From contig NC_089430.1 of assembly GCF_026210795.1 (NCBI RefSeq), positions 4,898,001 to 4,962,000 on the forward strand: DNA of 64,000 nt. The letters are read 5' to 3'. The number at the start of each line of letters is the position of its first letter. Positions within the stretch are counted from its first letter, which is position 1. This document shows, piece by piece, positions 39,901 to 53,297 of the stretch. Both the position numbers and the translations under genes were made by a program. The notes below the pieces were generated by a model. It searched no databases. It had not been told where the DNA came from and saw nothing but the letters and a program-made list of their open reading frames with translations. This DNA comes from Rhizophagus irregularis. Its lineage: Eukaryota.

Positions 39901-41261
39901 TAAGGAAAATGAAGTGAAAGCTTATATAATTATTATTTTTTTTTTTGTAGATTACATTACATCATCAAGTAAATAATAATGTTAATGTTATTAAACTTTA
40001 TGGAATAACTCAAGATCCTGAAACAAAACATTATATAATGGTTTTAGAATATGCAAGCAAGGGAAGTTTACGAAATTATTTAGATACAAATTATAATACA
40101 TTAAGTTGGAAAGATAAACTTCTTCATTTTTGTCATATTGCATCTGGACTCGTAGATATTCATAGAAATGAATTAATCCATCGAGACTTTCATATTGGCA
40201 ATGTATTAGTGTCTAATTTTGTAAAAATAGCTGATTTGGGATTATGTAAACCTGCAGACTACAGTGCATTAGAAAATACAAGAAAAAATGTCTATGGTGT
40301 TTTACCTTATGTGGCTCCTGAAATTATACGAGGATATGATTACACTAAAGCCGCTGATATTTATAGTTTCGGAATAATTATGTATGAAGTAATTTCTGGA
40401 TTACCTCCATATCATGATGTAAGCCATAATGAAATGTTAGCAATAAAGATTTGTAAAGGACTCAGACCAACATTTAATATTAAAGTACCTCAATTGATCG
40501 TGCAATTAATTAAAAGATGTTTGGATGCAAATCCAGTAAATCGTCCAACAGCAAAAGAAATTGAAGAAATTACGAAAATATGGTGGCATGAACCAACAGC
40601 AGAATTACAAAAGCAAATTAAAGAAGCAGAAAAGATAAATAAAAATATATCAATTATTAGTATTATACCTTCAGCTAGTTTACGAATATCATACAAAACA
40701 CATTCAGATGCTATTTATACGAGTAGATTGCTTAATTTTAACAATCTTCCTGAACAAAAAAATTCTGATGATTATTATGAACAAAATGATAATATAATTA
40801 GCAATGAGTTTTTAGGTATTGTTTAATAATATGTTTAAAAAATTATTAATTATTGTACTACTAATTAAATTTAATCTATTGGATAGAATCCTTACAAATT
40901 GATATTTCTCAATTGAATATTGATGATAGCGATAAACTTTCTAAACCAAAAAATTCTGATGATTATGAACAGAATGATGATAATATGATAAGTAAAGAAG
41001 ATTTAGGTATTATCTAATAATTTATTATTTCAAAAAAATCATTAAAAATACTGAGACTTATATAGTAATAATAATCAAATTTACTCTATTGGATAGAATC
41101 CTTACAAATTGATATTTCTCAATTGAACGATTTAGTGAGTGTATAAGTTTAATTTTATTACATTAACTTTTGCTTTTCATTATATTAATATTTTGCTTAA
41201 TTTATTATTATTTTTTTCTCTAGACCAAAACAGGGAATCTAAAGGCAAAGATAAAATCTAG
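36927..41261 (+). CDS. Tyrosine-kinase-like protein kinase 3 with five modules and two spacer exons
   Basis: Exons 36927-37310, 37367-37492, 37558-37944, 38297-38389, 38457-38894, 38982-39395, 39476-39880 and 39951-40815, then tail exons to TAG at 41259-41261. Motifs KGGFGKVY, VALK, HRDFHIGN, DLG, APE. Confidence 0.88.
38040..38220. mobile_element. hAT-like terminal remnant in a kinase 3 intron
   Basis: GAAC/GTTC-rich repeats end in ccatcccta (reverse complement TAGGGATGG). The host intron is about 350 bp against 55-90 bp for its paralogs. Confidence 0.5.
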
Positions 41262-42009
41262 GATAAAAGCTGTTATTAAGTAGTTTATGTTGTCATCCTG
41301 GTTTGTATTAAGTTACTAATAGAAATTATAATATATATATATTGTTTAGTTTTAATACTAGTATTATTATTTTCAAGTTATTTTTCGTCATTATAATTTA
41401 TAAATTCTGTTTAACGTTTAGTATAAGGTGATGGGCAATCTTTTTTTTTTTCTTTTCTATAGTTTTTGAATTGCTTTTTTTTTAAAAAAAAGGGGGACGA
41501 AAATAACGTTAAACAGAGTTTTAAATTATAATGTCCTTAAGTTATATTTTATTTATTTTATTGATTAAATAGAACCGTTAAAATTAAATAAATGACGTAC
41601 ACTATATGACGTAACAAATACTGCCGGAAATAAGTAATCCCGAAATTAAGCAACGCTGGCCAGAATTATCATGCTTTGACCAGAATTATGGTAACCTTCG
41701 GCCAGAGTTAATAGGTGTTGCTTATTCGAATATAGATTGACATGTAAAGATTGTGTGCGAAATAGTAACAAATAATTCTTCCATGAGTTTTCGATTGAAT
41801 ACACGAAACCATGAATTGAGTGGTGTTAAACAGGTATAGGTATAAGGTAGTTATCCATATAAAAAATTTTTCAGAAAATGATCACGTGTCTGGGTTTCTT
41901 CGGAATTAAAACTAGAAAATGATCATTTATCGGAGTTTTTACCAGAATTTTTTTTTATAGGGTATGTGAATTAAATTAATACTGACGTTATAATATTAAC
42001 AATATTGTA

Positions 42010-42491
42010 CAGTCAGCCCTTTCTATAGCGAATGATACAACGAATCTTTAATGTGGTACGCATTAAATCACATGAAAAAAAAATTGTTACACCGAATTTT
42101 ACTAATAAAATGGTGTATAACGTTGAACGAAGAAAAACTTATAAATTCACAGATGTAGGTGACCCTTTTTATGACGAATTTCTTTTAAAACGATTTTTTT
42201 TTTTTAATATAACAAAGATTTTTGCAAGATAAATTTTAATATAAAGGGTAGTTTGATGCTGGATTTGTAGAATTTTTCTCAAATAAGCAATTTTACCACT
42301 TTTAATTCATTTTATCAAAAGATGGATGAATTATGTTTCGAATCATGAGCATGACGTTTTACAAGTATTTTCCTCTATTTTACTGCATTATACCAAATTT
42401 TTCCGCTATACGGAATAATTCTTAACAAATTTTCTCATAACGAAGGCCTGATCGACCCGGACGCCTACTTCGTTATATCGGGTGCCGACCG
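42010..42491. mobile_element. Degenerate pogo-like MITE
   Basis: Starts ta|cagtcagccctttctatagcgaa where similarity to the paralogous flank at about 26850 breaks. Weak inverted match ttcgttatatcgggtgccgaccg. Confidence 0.35.
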
Positions 42492-45400
42492 ACGACCGTA
42501 CCCTCATATAAAAAGTACCGTGTTCGCAACTGGCCGAAGTTAACATTAACGCCATTAACGTGCAAGTCCATAACTCCCAAACTCGGGCACCCCACTGTAC
42601 CACTGTACGACTGTTACGTTAAGGACGCCCGTGTGACATATCACAGATCAGCAGAAATTAATTCCGGCCGATGACAAAATCTGGGACAATTGACCAGGAT
42701 TGTAGATCACTATTCTTTACGCTGCGCAGATTGACAGATTGTTATACCCATGTGATTGATGATCAATCACGTTTAAATCATTATTAGGCGATTGTTTAAT
42801 AATCCCAATTCCCACGTTGTAAAAATAGAATTTTTTACGATTATTATTATTTATAGAAATATCATTTAAATAATGAAAAAAAAATGAAGAAGTTGAAAAA
42901 TTAATAACCAATTTTATTAAATCTATAAAATCAATCATTTTAAAATTTTTTGTATGATGATGATTGATAATAAAAAAAAAAATGATATTGTGAAACATGC
43001 CTCGACTCAGGTCACGTTAACATAACAATATAACACCTGATAATATAACAGCGGTGATAACCGAAATTTGTAACCATCTACCCCACCCCATCTATAATTT
43101 TCATTTTGTAACAATAAAAACGCCATTTAAATTATACACAAAAACATCTTTTTTTTTTTAATACAAACATATAAATAATGTAGTACGTAATTTTGATTTT
43201 TTTTATATTTTTAATTTTTAATTTTCCTAGATTTTAATTTTAAAGGAAAATATCATAAAAAGAAATTCATCTCTTAACTAAACTAGGTTTAAAGTTGAAA
43301 GTTTTTAGAAAATCACAGCCACACTTTATCTCATTATTCTATTCCGTACAACTATTCATCGCATCGAAATCCTAAATCAAAATCTATTTTTTGTATAACT
43401 AACTTTAAATAATACATTACATTAATATTATTATTATGTTATGTTATAATTATATTATATTATATAATATTATATTATATTATATTATATTATATTATAA
43501 ATAATAAATTTAAAAAATATTTTTAATTAGTAATACATTTTGAAAGAAACCTATTAAAGTCATACAATTTATGATAATTTTGGTTAATAATTTTTTTTTA
43601 GTATTTTTTCAAAATTAGTTCAATAAAAAAATTTTTTTTTTTTTCAAGAACGTTTGAGATTTAATCCTTTAATTTATTAGACAATTTTTTTCTCACAATG
43701 ATAAGTATTCTTTAGTATTTTTTTTAAAAAAAATCCAGACTTCCAAATAATAAAATAATATTAACTATACTTATACTGACCTGGTTTTAAAATAATAAAA
43801 CCCCCCTGAGTTCTTGAATGAGTCTTTTTTACCACACTATCCATATTTTCATTAAAAAAAAAAAACCGGACACTCCATTGTTTATTTATTTATTTGTTTA
43901 TTTATATTTTTTCTTTTTTTTTTTAAAATAAAAAAGTAAAATAAATAAAATATTTAATACTTTTTTTTTTCAGTCATTCAAAAAAGCATTGTGTACTTTA
44001 TTTTACAAGTAAGAAATCTAGTTTTTTTTTTTTTCATTGAGGTCCCGAACCTCTTTATCTTATCTTTTAGAAAAACAAAACGTGTTCAACAAACTTTATT
44101 AAAAAAATATGAAAATCATTCGATCTCATTTTTTACAAGTTTCTATTGTTTTAATACCTTAATATGGTACAATAAAAAAATTTAAAGATATCGTTGTTAT
44201 GAGTAATTATGAAACGTTTCAAAAAAATTAAATAATATTAATAATATTTATTAGTTTTATATATTTTGTATTTCTTTTTTGATTTTAATAGCAAAAAAAA
44301 TAAATAAATAATAAAGAAAATAATAAATAAAAAAATTGTATTGTTAAATCAAATTTATATAAATAGGTAATAAAATATATTATAAAAGGAAATGAAAGGC
44401 GTATGAGAATAATAAATAAAGCTTATAAAGTAAAAAAAAAAGTAAAAAAAAAATATATATATATTGTTTCTGATGCCATATTGACCATCATGAAACTAAA
44501 AAGAAAAAAGTTATTAATTTTTATTAATTTTTCCTTCCGCCCCCACATTTTTTCTTTCCACACTTTCTCACTTTCTACTTAAAATGGTAAAACTTATAAA
44601 AAAAACATTCTCATGCATGAATTTAAAATTTTTCCACGCAAAAAAAAAAAAACGCCCATCATGAAACCTTTTTTTTTTTCACAATGGCATGATTAAAATA
44701 TAATTGGCGGAGATCTATTGAAATGATTTTTTTTTTAATTAAATTTTTTTTATCCGGGTAATTAAAGACAATAGCAAAAAAATGGAGGGTATTGTTAGTG
44801 ATATTTTTAAACCTGCCAGGGAACTCGACTTTGAACCTGTCAAAATATTATCACATTAAAAGGTTACTCAAATTTTCAAGCCATTAACTTTAAAAAAAAA
44901 GGTCCAAAAAAGACGAATATTAATAAAGTGAAAATATATTTTTAGTTTGTTACTCAAAACGAGGATTACAAACAAACAAAATAAATAAAAATAAAAAAAT
45001 AAAATAAAATAAAAAAAAATTGATAAAAGATAAAATAAATAAAAAATCATGAAAAAAAAAATAAATAAATTACTATACTATACTATACTATTTATTATAT
45101 CGTAATTTATCTAATAAAGAATTCTTTTTTAATATTAATTATTTAATTATTTTAGTCAAAAAAAAAGAAAAAAATCGAAATTTATTATATTTTACCATGT
45201 GAAATTATGATATTTTTTTGAGAATGGGATTTTTTGATACTTGTGATACTCTATAGAAAAAAAGAAAAAAAAAAAAATTTATTTTTTTTATTTTTTTATT
45301 TTTTTTGCATAAAATCATCAAAATTTACACGTGGGTCGGAAAGGAAGATCCAAATAATAAAGTCATATGAATAACAACTGCAATCGTATGGGGTATTCCG

Positions 45401-47569
45401 CACATAAGTTTGTAAGTATTTCCTTATCTGATACTGTTTCTTTGTAATATCTACAAGGCGCAGTCTATATAGTTTATTAACATACCTAAATACGTGAAAT
45501 ATGTGCATAACAACCTAAGCCCATTGTCATCCAAAAAAAACATTTTATAACGGCCCGCATCATAGAAATTCATTCATTATAATGAATCAAATGTATAAAT
45601 TTCTCATTTTCCGCAAATATGTTATTATGTTATTAATAGTTCTAATGGTTTTTAATAGTTGTAATAATTTTTTCTATTGTGCTTATTGTACTCTAAATGG
45701 AAACAAAAAAAAAATACTACGCTTAGGTAAATCATTTATAATTATTTATTATTTCTCTTTTATCTCTTTTATTTCGACCTTTTTTTATCTCTTTCAATTT
45801 TTTTTATTTCAATTATTTCCTTTGTTCATTCTCCCCATTCATTCCATTTAATAAAAAGAAATCATGAAAATAATATGAGTTTTAAAATAATTTTTTTTTA
45901 TTTTTTTTCATTGGACGGGAAATATTTTACCGCTAAATAAATTAATAATAAACGTAAAATTATGGTATTATATTATTATTATGTACAGTATAATTAATTA
46001 TACATATATTTTTTTTTATTATATAATAATATTATATATTATAATTATATTATAAATTAGAAATTTTTTTAGCAGGACTAAAACTCGTTTTATCTTCTCC
46101 TCGTCTCATAAATTTGACAGTTCCGATAAGAAAAAAAAAAAAAAATTAAAATTTTTTTTTTAATCCAAAGCATATGTCAAGCATATGCAAATCTACCATT
46201 TTTAAGAAGATAGCATTAGTCATAAATAAAATAGCTTGCATTAATATTACCTAAAACACATAATTATTTCTCTCAAAGTAGTAAAAAAAAAATTTAATTA
46301 TACAACTACGAGATGAGTCCCATTTCCATATTGGGCGCAGAAAAAATTTTTTTTTTTTTTTTTTTTTTTTTAATTATGCTTCTTTGATAAATTTTTTTCT
46401 GATGATACATTAAAATTTTTTTTTTCCATTATTATTTACATTTTATTTGTAATGTAACATTATTTTGAAGGTGCGCCATTTAAAAAGGTAAATTTTACGT
46501 AGTTAATAGTCTTCGAAAAGGAAGGAAATAACGCCGTAACAAAAACCACCACATTAAATAATTACGAAATTACGATGATTACGATGAAATATCATCATAA
46601 CTATAACGCCAAATTACTATACTCAGTCTTCTCCCCTAATAAATCGTCTCATATTTTCAAAGTTTAAACCGTCACACACACAAAATGTGATCTATTAACC
46701 AATCAAAGAAAAGAAATGATAATTAACGTTTAATATGCAATAAAAAAAAAATTTTTTTTTATATTTTTTATTAATGTAAAAAAAAAAAACGAAAAAAATA
46801 CGGAAGATTTTTTGATGATGTACAATAAAAAAAAATAAACGGGAAAATTTTTTTACGATGAAATTTTTTTTTTTTTACGAGATAAGCGTAAATCTGATAT
46901 CTTTATTTTTTGTTTTATTTTAAATTTTTTTTCTTTTTGCTAATTATTAAAATAATAATGAAATTAATAGTGAAAAAAAACCCCGTAAAACTAAGACTAA
47001 ACTTAAAACTAATTACTAAATTATTTTTTTTAAAAAAAAGTGAGAAAAAAGGAAAAAAAAAATTTTTTTTTGTACAATATTTTTTTTTGAAATTTAAAAA
47101 ATCTTTAAGAAAAAAATAGAAAAATTGTAAAAAAAAATTATATAATAAAAAAAAAAAGGGAAAATTTCAAAAAAAATAAAAGAAAATTTTTGTAATGAAT
47201 GAAAAAAAAAGTGCGTGTAAAAAAAAATGTACAAGATGAAAGAGGAAAAAAAAAATAATAAAAATGCGAAAAAAAAATTTTAAATACTTTTTGTGGTTTT
47301 TGTAAAATACTTTTTGTAAAAAAATATGCAGTGTATGTATATAAATCCCGAAATCAACTAATCCATTATTTAAAATGTATCATTATTACAGGACAATTAG
47401 ACTACTAATTAGACTAGTATTATTTATCTATTATAATATTAGAAAAAAAAGGAATTTTTTATTCCAAGTCTAACGAAAATTTTTGAATGAGCAATTCCAG
47501 CGAGTCCATAAGTCAATTATAACATTTTGAAACGCTAGAAAAGCCCATAAAATGAAAAACTGTACGTTT

Positions 47570-48103
47570 TTAAGAATATTGAAAACGTACACCAGCGACA
47601 AACATCTCATCATAAGATTCCATTTCCATATCGCTTATGTTATCTTTCTTCTCCACACGAATTTCAGTCCAACATTCGTCTGAAAACTTTTCCAAATTAG
47701 GAAAACTCGTATATTCTATTGATTGATCTGAACTTGAAGAACAAAAAGAAGTTGGAGTTGAAGGAACATCGTCGGGTGAAGATGATAAAGTAGTTGTTGC
47801 TAATGAAGAAGAAGTAGAAGAAGAATGTTGACTTGACATTGAATTTAATGACAATGGACGTGAGAATAGAGCGGAACGTCTTCGTTTATGTATTGGAATA
47901 TAAGAGAATGTTGGTTGTCTATATAATGATGAATGATCACCTTCGAACGATGGTTCAGGCGATAATGAATGTGAAGAAAAACATGATATATGTGAAGAAG
48001 AAAGCGTTTGTGCATGATTATTGTTATTGTTATTACTATTAAGTTCTTCTAAAGCTTTGCGTGATACGCTAACTGGCATTGTTTTTGATAAAAATTGGTG
48101 CAT
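47570..48103 (-). CDS. Ser-rich hypothetical protein, 177 aa, single exon
   Basis: Clean ATG-to-stop ORF with higher GC than its flanks, a basic HKRRRS motif and a non-repetitive acidic C-terminus (YTSFPNLEKFSD). TATA-like sequence at about 48291-48300. Confidence 0.65.
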   Translation of the reverse strand: MHQFLSKTMPVSVSRKALEELNSNNNNNNHAQTLSSSHISCFSSHSLSPEPSFEGDHSSLYRQPTFSYIPIHKRRRSALFSRPLSLNSMSSQHSSSTSSSLATTTLSSSPDDVPSTPTSFCSSSSDQSIEYTSFPNLEKFSDECWTEIRVEKKDNISDMEMESYDEMFVAGVRFQYS

Positions 48104-49859
48104 TTTGAAACTAATTATTTCGTATGAGAATGGTTTGTTAATATAATAATTCTCGTTTTTTTTTTAAAATTACCGTAAAAAAATTCTGGTTAAAATTCTG
48201 GTTGAAAAAATATTTTTTGTATTAAAGAAATATTTTTTGAAGATTTAAAAGATTTTAAGAAAAAAAATTTTCGAAAAAAAAAATGGGACGTATTTATAAA
48301 TAAAAAATTGTTTATGTTAAAAAAGGAAATACACGCCTTATAATCTGATAAAAAAAAAATAGTCAAGTATCAAGTAAACTTGAAAAAGAATTTATGCTTG
48401 TGGCTTGCTTCTTTGTTATTTATTCTCTATTCATATAAAGAAAAAAAGGGTTTAGGAAAAAAAAAATGATTATAGTTTAAAGAGTAAGGTTTAATCTCAG
48501 AATCAGGATTTTTGCCTGTATTTATAAAAAAACGTAAAGTATATTGCATAATATAATTGTGATATTTAAATATTTAATGCATGAATAGGAGTTACCTTTT
48601 ATTGGACATAAAAGTAAAAGTGATGACGATCATTTTGAGGGACCCCACATATTAGCTATTATTAAATGCATTAATTTATATTACGTGTAATAGAAAATTG
48701 TAGAATAAAAAGAATAAATTTATCACACAATACCTATTATTATCACACAATGTCATTTGATATTTTAATATTACCCGGATAACCAGAAACAATCCTTCCC
48801 CTATTTTAACAAAAAAAAATACGGCCAGTCATTATTCCACATTACATTATTACATAAATATATCTTTAAATATGCCTATTGCCTATTAAACATAACAACG
48901 TTCTTGTGACCTTTATTGCAATCATCCCTTTGCATTTAATAATATTTAATAATGTATTACTTATATAAACAACGAATATTGGCTCACTTAGCTGCTAAGA
49001 CAAGTTTTATATAAAAATTTTTTCTTTATATGCATGTAGTAAATTACGCTTTACTGTTATTGGATTTAATTAAATTATAATAACTGTAATGTGATACTGG
49101 TGATACATTTCTTAATGCCTAGTAATTTTATATAGAAAATAAAAAATATCGTTATTTTACGGAAAATAAAAATCTCCGAAATTTTTATTTGGTCCTTTTC
49201 TATTTATCAAATGATTCTTTAATTACAAAATGTTTAAGAAAAAAATTTAAAGGAATTTATGACATAATGACATCAGATGATCAAAAAAAAGCAACAATGA
49301 CATATTACAACTTCTTTTTTTATTAAAAAAATAAAATAAAAATTAGGTATTGATAATCATTCTATTTCATTTTATTTCTAATATTTTATTTCTATTTCGA
49401 AAAATATTTGATTGTAAATATGGTAAATATTGTCAATTAATAAGTAATTACTATAAATAAATTCTTGTATTATGTTCATAATATCATTCGTCCATTTTTT
49501 TTCTTGGCCAGAATTGTTTCCAGAATTTTATTTATAAAAAAAAAAAATCACCAGTAAAACTTTCGGCCCATTTTCGTTTCATTCTGGAAAATCAATGGTA
49601 ACCAATGCATTTGTTATTGTGTTTATTATTATAAAAATAATTTTAACTAAATATTATACGGAAAACACAAACCAAACTTGTGTATCCTTATTATGCATTT
49701 GTTGAAACCGGTTTTACCGGTTTGTTTACCGGTTTATCTTCCAGTTTTGATTTTAGGCTAAAATAATCCCGCCAACAGTTCGAAAATTTGGAAGCAAATT
49801 TCACATTTCAGGAAGTTTCTGGTGTAACAGTTTAAAAATATTTTCGTAACATATAAATA

Positions 49860-50030
49860 TATTTTAGTTTATTCTATTCTATTTAGTTTATTCTATTCTA
49901 TTTAGTTTATTCTATTTTATACTATATTTTATTCTATTTTATTCATTCTATTTTATTCTATTTTATTCTATTTTCTTTTCTTTTATTTTATTTTTCTTTT
50001 ATTTTCTTTTCTTTTATTTATTTTTTTTTC
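49860..50030. repeat. (ATTCT/ATTTT)n simple repeat
   Basis: Directly visible pentamer-based repeat. Confidence 0.8.
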
Positions 50031-53000
50031 AACTGTTCGTTTGTTATTAAATATTATGGAATTTCAGGAGCAAAAAATTCATAGTACTTATAGTATGAAT
50101 GAAATATAAAAGTTATATAAAAGTTATAGAAGTTAGAATTTTTTTTTTTTTTTTTATCATTTAAAAATAATATAAATAAAATTATTTTATGTTGTGTTTT
50201 AAAAAAAAAGATATATATATACATACATACATACATATATTATATATATTATCTATATTATTTATATTATTTATATATATATATTATATTTTTATTTTAA
50301 ATTTTATTTATTTATTTATTTTATTTTAAAACAAACCAATGTTTTTGTTTTCCGGATAAATCCGGATTTATAATCAAGATTATTCCAATTAGGTGGATGA
50401 TTTTCACCCGATTTTTGATTTTGATTCCGGATCGCATGCAAAAAAAGTTTAAAATCTTAAAAAAAAAATTTTTTACACGTTTTTCTGAATTCCATAAATT
50501 GAAAGAAAAAAAACCTTTCATTTCTTTTAAAGAGTTGAAGATTTTCTTTAAGATAAGCCACATTTAGAATGGGTTTTCTCCCTTTTTTTCATGTTTTTTT
50601 TTTATTCGTTACAAAAAGTTTTAGTTCGTTCAATCACGTGATACTAGGAATAAATTTTTTTCGCAGCAAACAGTTCTCAAAAATAACGGATATGATTAAT
50701 TAGGATGAGAAAACATTTGTATTACTAATCTTTTTCTATGGTTCATAAATTATGAAACATTAAAATTTTTTTTTTAAAAAAAAATACTTTTACTATAAAA
50801 AAAAAATTATTGGTTAAACTAATATAAAGAACTTTTTTAAATTAGTAATATAAAAAACGAAAATCAATCAAAATAACGAAATTTTTAATGTTTCATTTTT
50901 AAGTAATAATACATACATAAATGTAATAAACTATCATACTCAATATGTATCATGTAAGGAACGGATATACTACTTGCTATATTACTGCTTATACTACTCC
51001 TTTAAATCTTGGCAAACGCCTCTTCGTCATGGTAATAAAGAAATAAAAATAACTACTACGTAAGCACAACGACTAGCATAACAGATATACTTACTCCTTT
51101 ATTTAATTTATTTGTAATAGAATAAAAATACAAATCAGGGATGTATCCGAGAACACGTGTAGTTCACGTTATCTACAGGGGTATTGATCAGTCGATCATT
51201 CTATATAGTATACTAAAAATGGGTAAGATAAATCAAATTTTCACAGTTGTTTTAGGGCCAGAATTATATTATGTCAATCCATCAATCCATTCGCAATAAA
51301 TTCCAATCGAAATTATCTAAAAAAGGGAAATAGTTATGTGATAATTTTGTTATTTCACAAATTGCATCATTGAAACTATGCTTATTTTTTAAAAAAAGAA
51401 AATTGCATCATTTGCATCATTGGTCTACTTTTATCGCACGGCCCCCTATATGATCATGATGATTTTGTTCGATCTGTTTAACCAATATTTTCACGGAGGT
51501 ATCTACATTTTTTTTAGCGTATAAATAGGACCCTTAAAGGCTTAAAATGAACAGTATAATCTAAAAGTCCGAGGTAAAATAATCTGTACGCATTTTTTAA
51601 GACTATAACTCATTTTTAGTCTCTAATTCGTTATTGCGGAAAGAAAATCGTAAAGTTAACGTTAAGGGAAACGTGAACTGACGCATTATTCAATGCTGGA
51701 ATTATGATAATTTCGGTCAGTATCCAGAAAAGGTAATAGCTTTCACTGGCATTATCTATAAAAGGAGAGATTTTCGGACCGGTTGTGACTTGTGACACTT
51801 TTATGATATATTTCGGGTATACATCATACAATATCCATATTGTGAATGAATTAAAAATTTTGTATTAGAAATCCCTATAATCCCTATGAAAGATTCTCTG
51901 GAAAAACTCCGATAACCCCGATAAATAATCATTTTTCAAGTTTTTATTCCAAAAAAATCCAACATGTGATCAATATTGCAAAAATTACCCTTAATCTTTG
52001 GGTCATACATTAAATTCACCACAAATCACTATCGACAAACCATAATAAGAAGTTAATGACCTAGTCATGTGGTCGTTCAAACATTTTGAAAAATTGAAAT
52101 AAAATTTGATTTCGTTTCGCCGACAGGCAGTGTTATAAATTCAAAAAATTCTTATACGCGCGCATATCATTAATAAAATTCATTTGTGCAACCTATTAAT
52201 TTCATATGCGCTTTATATATTAATGATAGGCGCTACAGTAGGCGCTACTAAGAAAAATTCCGCCTGATATTTTCAACGTAATGTACGCTGCGCCTACTGC
52301 GCGAATCCGATTTAGAGGATAAAATTATATCACGTGATAATATATGTAATTCTGGCCAGCATCATAAATTTGGCCTGAATTTATTTTAAAATAAAATAAT
52401 ATAAAAACGTACTATTTCTATTAAATTCTTTTTAATAATGTTTGGCAGAATTTTATTCCCTGTTTTAGTAACTGACTGACACTATCATAATTCCGGCCCT
52501 GTAAAGATATGCTTTACTAGTATGGCGATGGTAATCACTGCCACATGGTCATTTCGCTCGATAAACGTTTTACCGACAGTTATTTCATCGACAGTTCATT
52601 TTGCTTATTTTTAAAGAAAATTAATTTTTTTTTTCTTGGCTTTTGATCATCACAGGATTCCACAGTTAAAAATAATAAAAATGGTTAAGTGATATGCGAT
52701 ATTAATAACTATGTACATATCAGTAATTACTAAATTAGAACAAAAAAAATCCTTTTATATTTACACGAAAGATATAATAATATACATTTAATATTTTTTT
52801 AAAAAAAATAAAAAAAATTTATATTTAATTTTATTATAATATTTAAAAAATTACTGTGATCCTGTCGTCGATTTAAACGGTTATCGGTGTAATGAAATAA
52901 TTGTCGATGAGTTGAATGCGTCCCTGATCTTTTCGTACTAGGATAAAAATAATAAAATTTTATCACGCTCCATATTTTAGTTTTTAAGAAATTTTTATTT

Positions 53001-53297
53001 AATCATTAGCTAAATTCATGTAATTATAAATTAATGGATAAATATAGTATGCAAATACAAAATAACTAGATAAAATAAATACAAATAAATATAAGACCAG
53101 TACATTATAAAATTCTATTTAACGTAATTCTATAGCATTCTGCTATTTTCTCACTCCGTCTTATTTTTAAAATACGCTAACGTTAGAAAATTATAATGGA
53201 AGAAAAAATATTCTTGAAAATAAAAAAAAATACATAATTAACCAAATTAACCGTAAAAGTGTTAAATAAAAAATTATTGATGATTTTGTATTAGGCT

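Noticed and set aside
43991..47119. Short Lys/Phe-rich ORFs in the A/T-tract region
   Set aside because: They are low-complexity artefacts of homopolymer runs.
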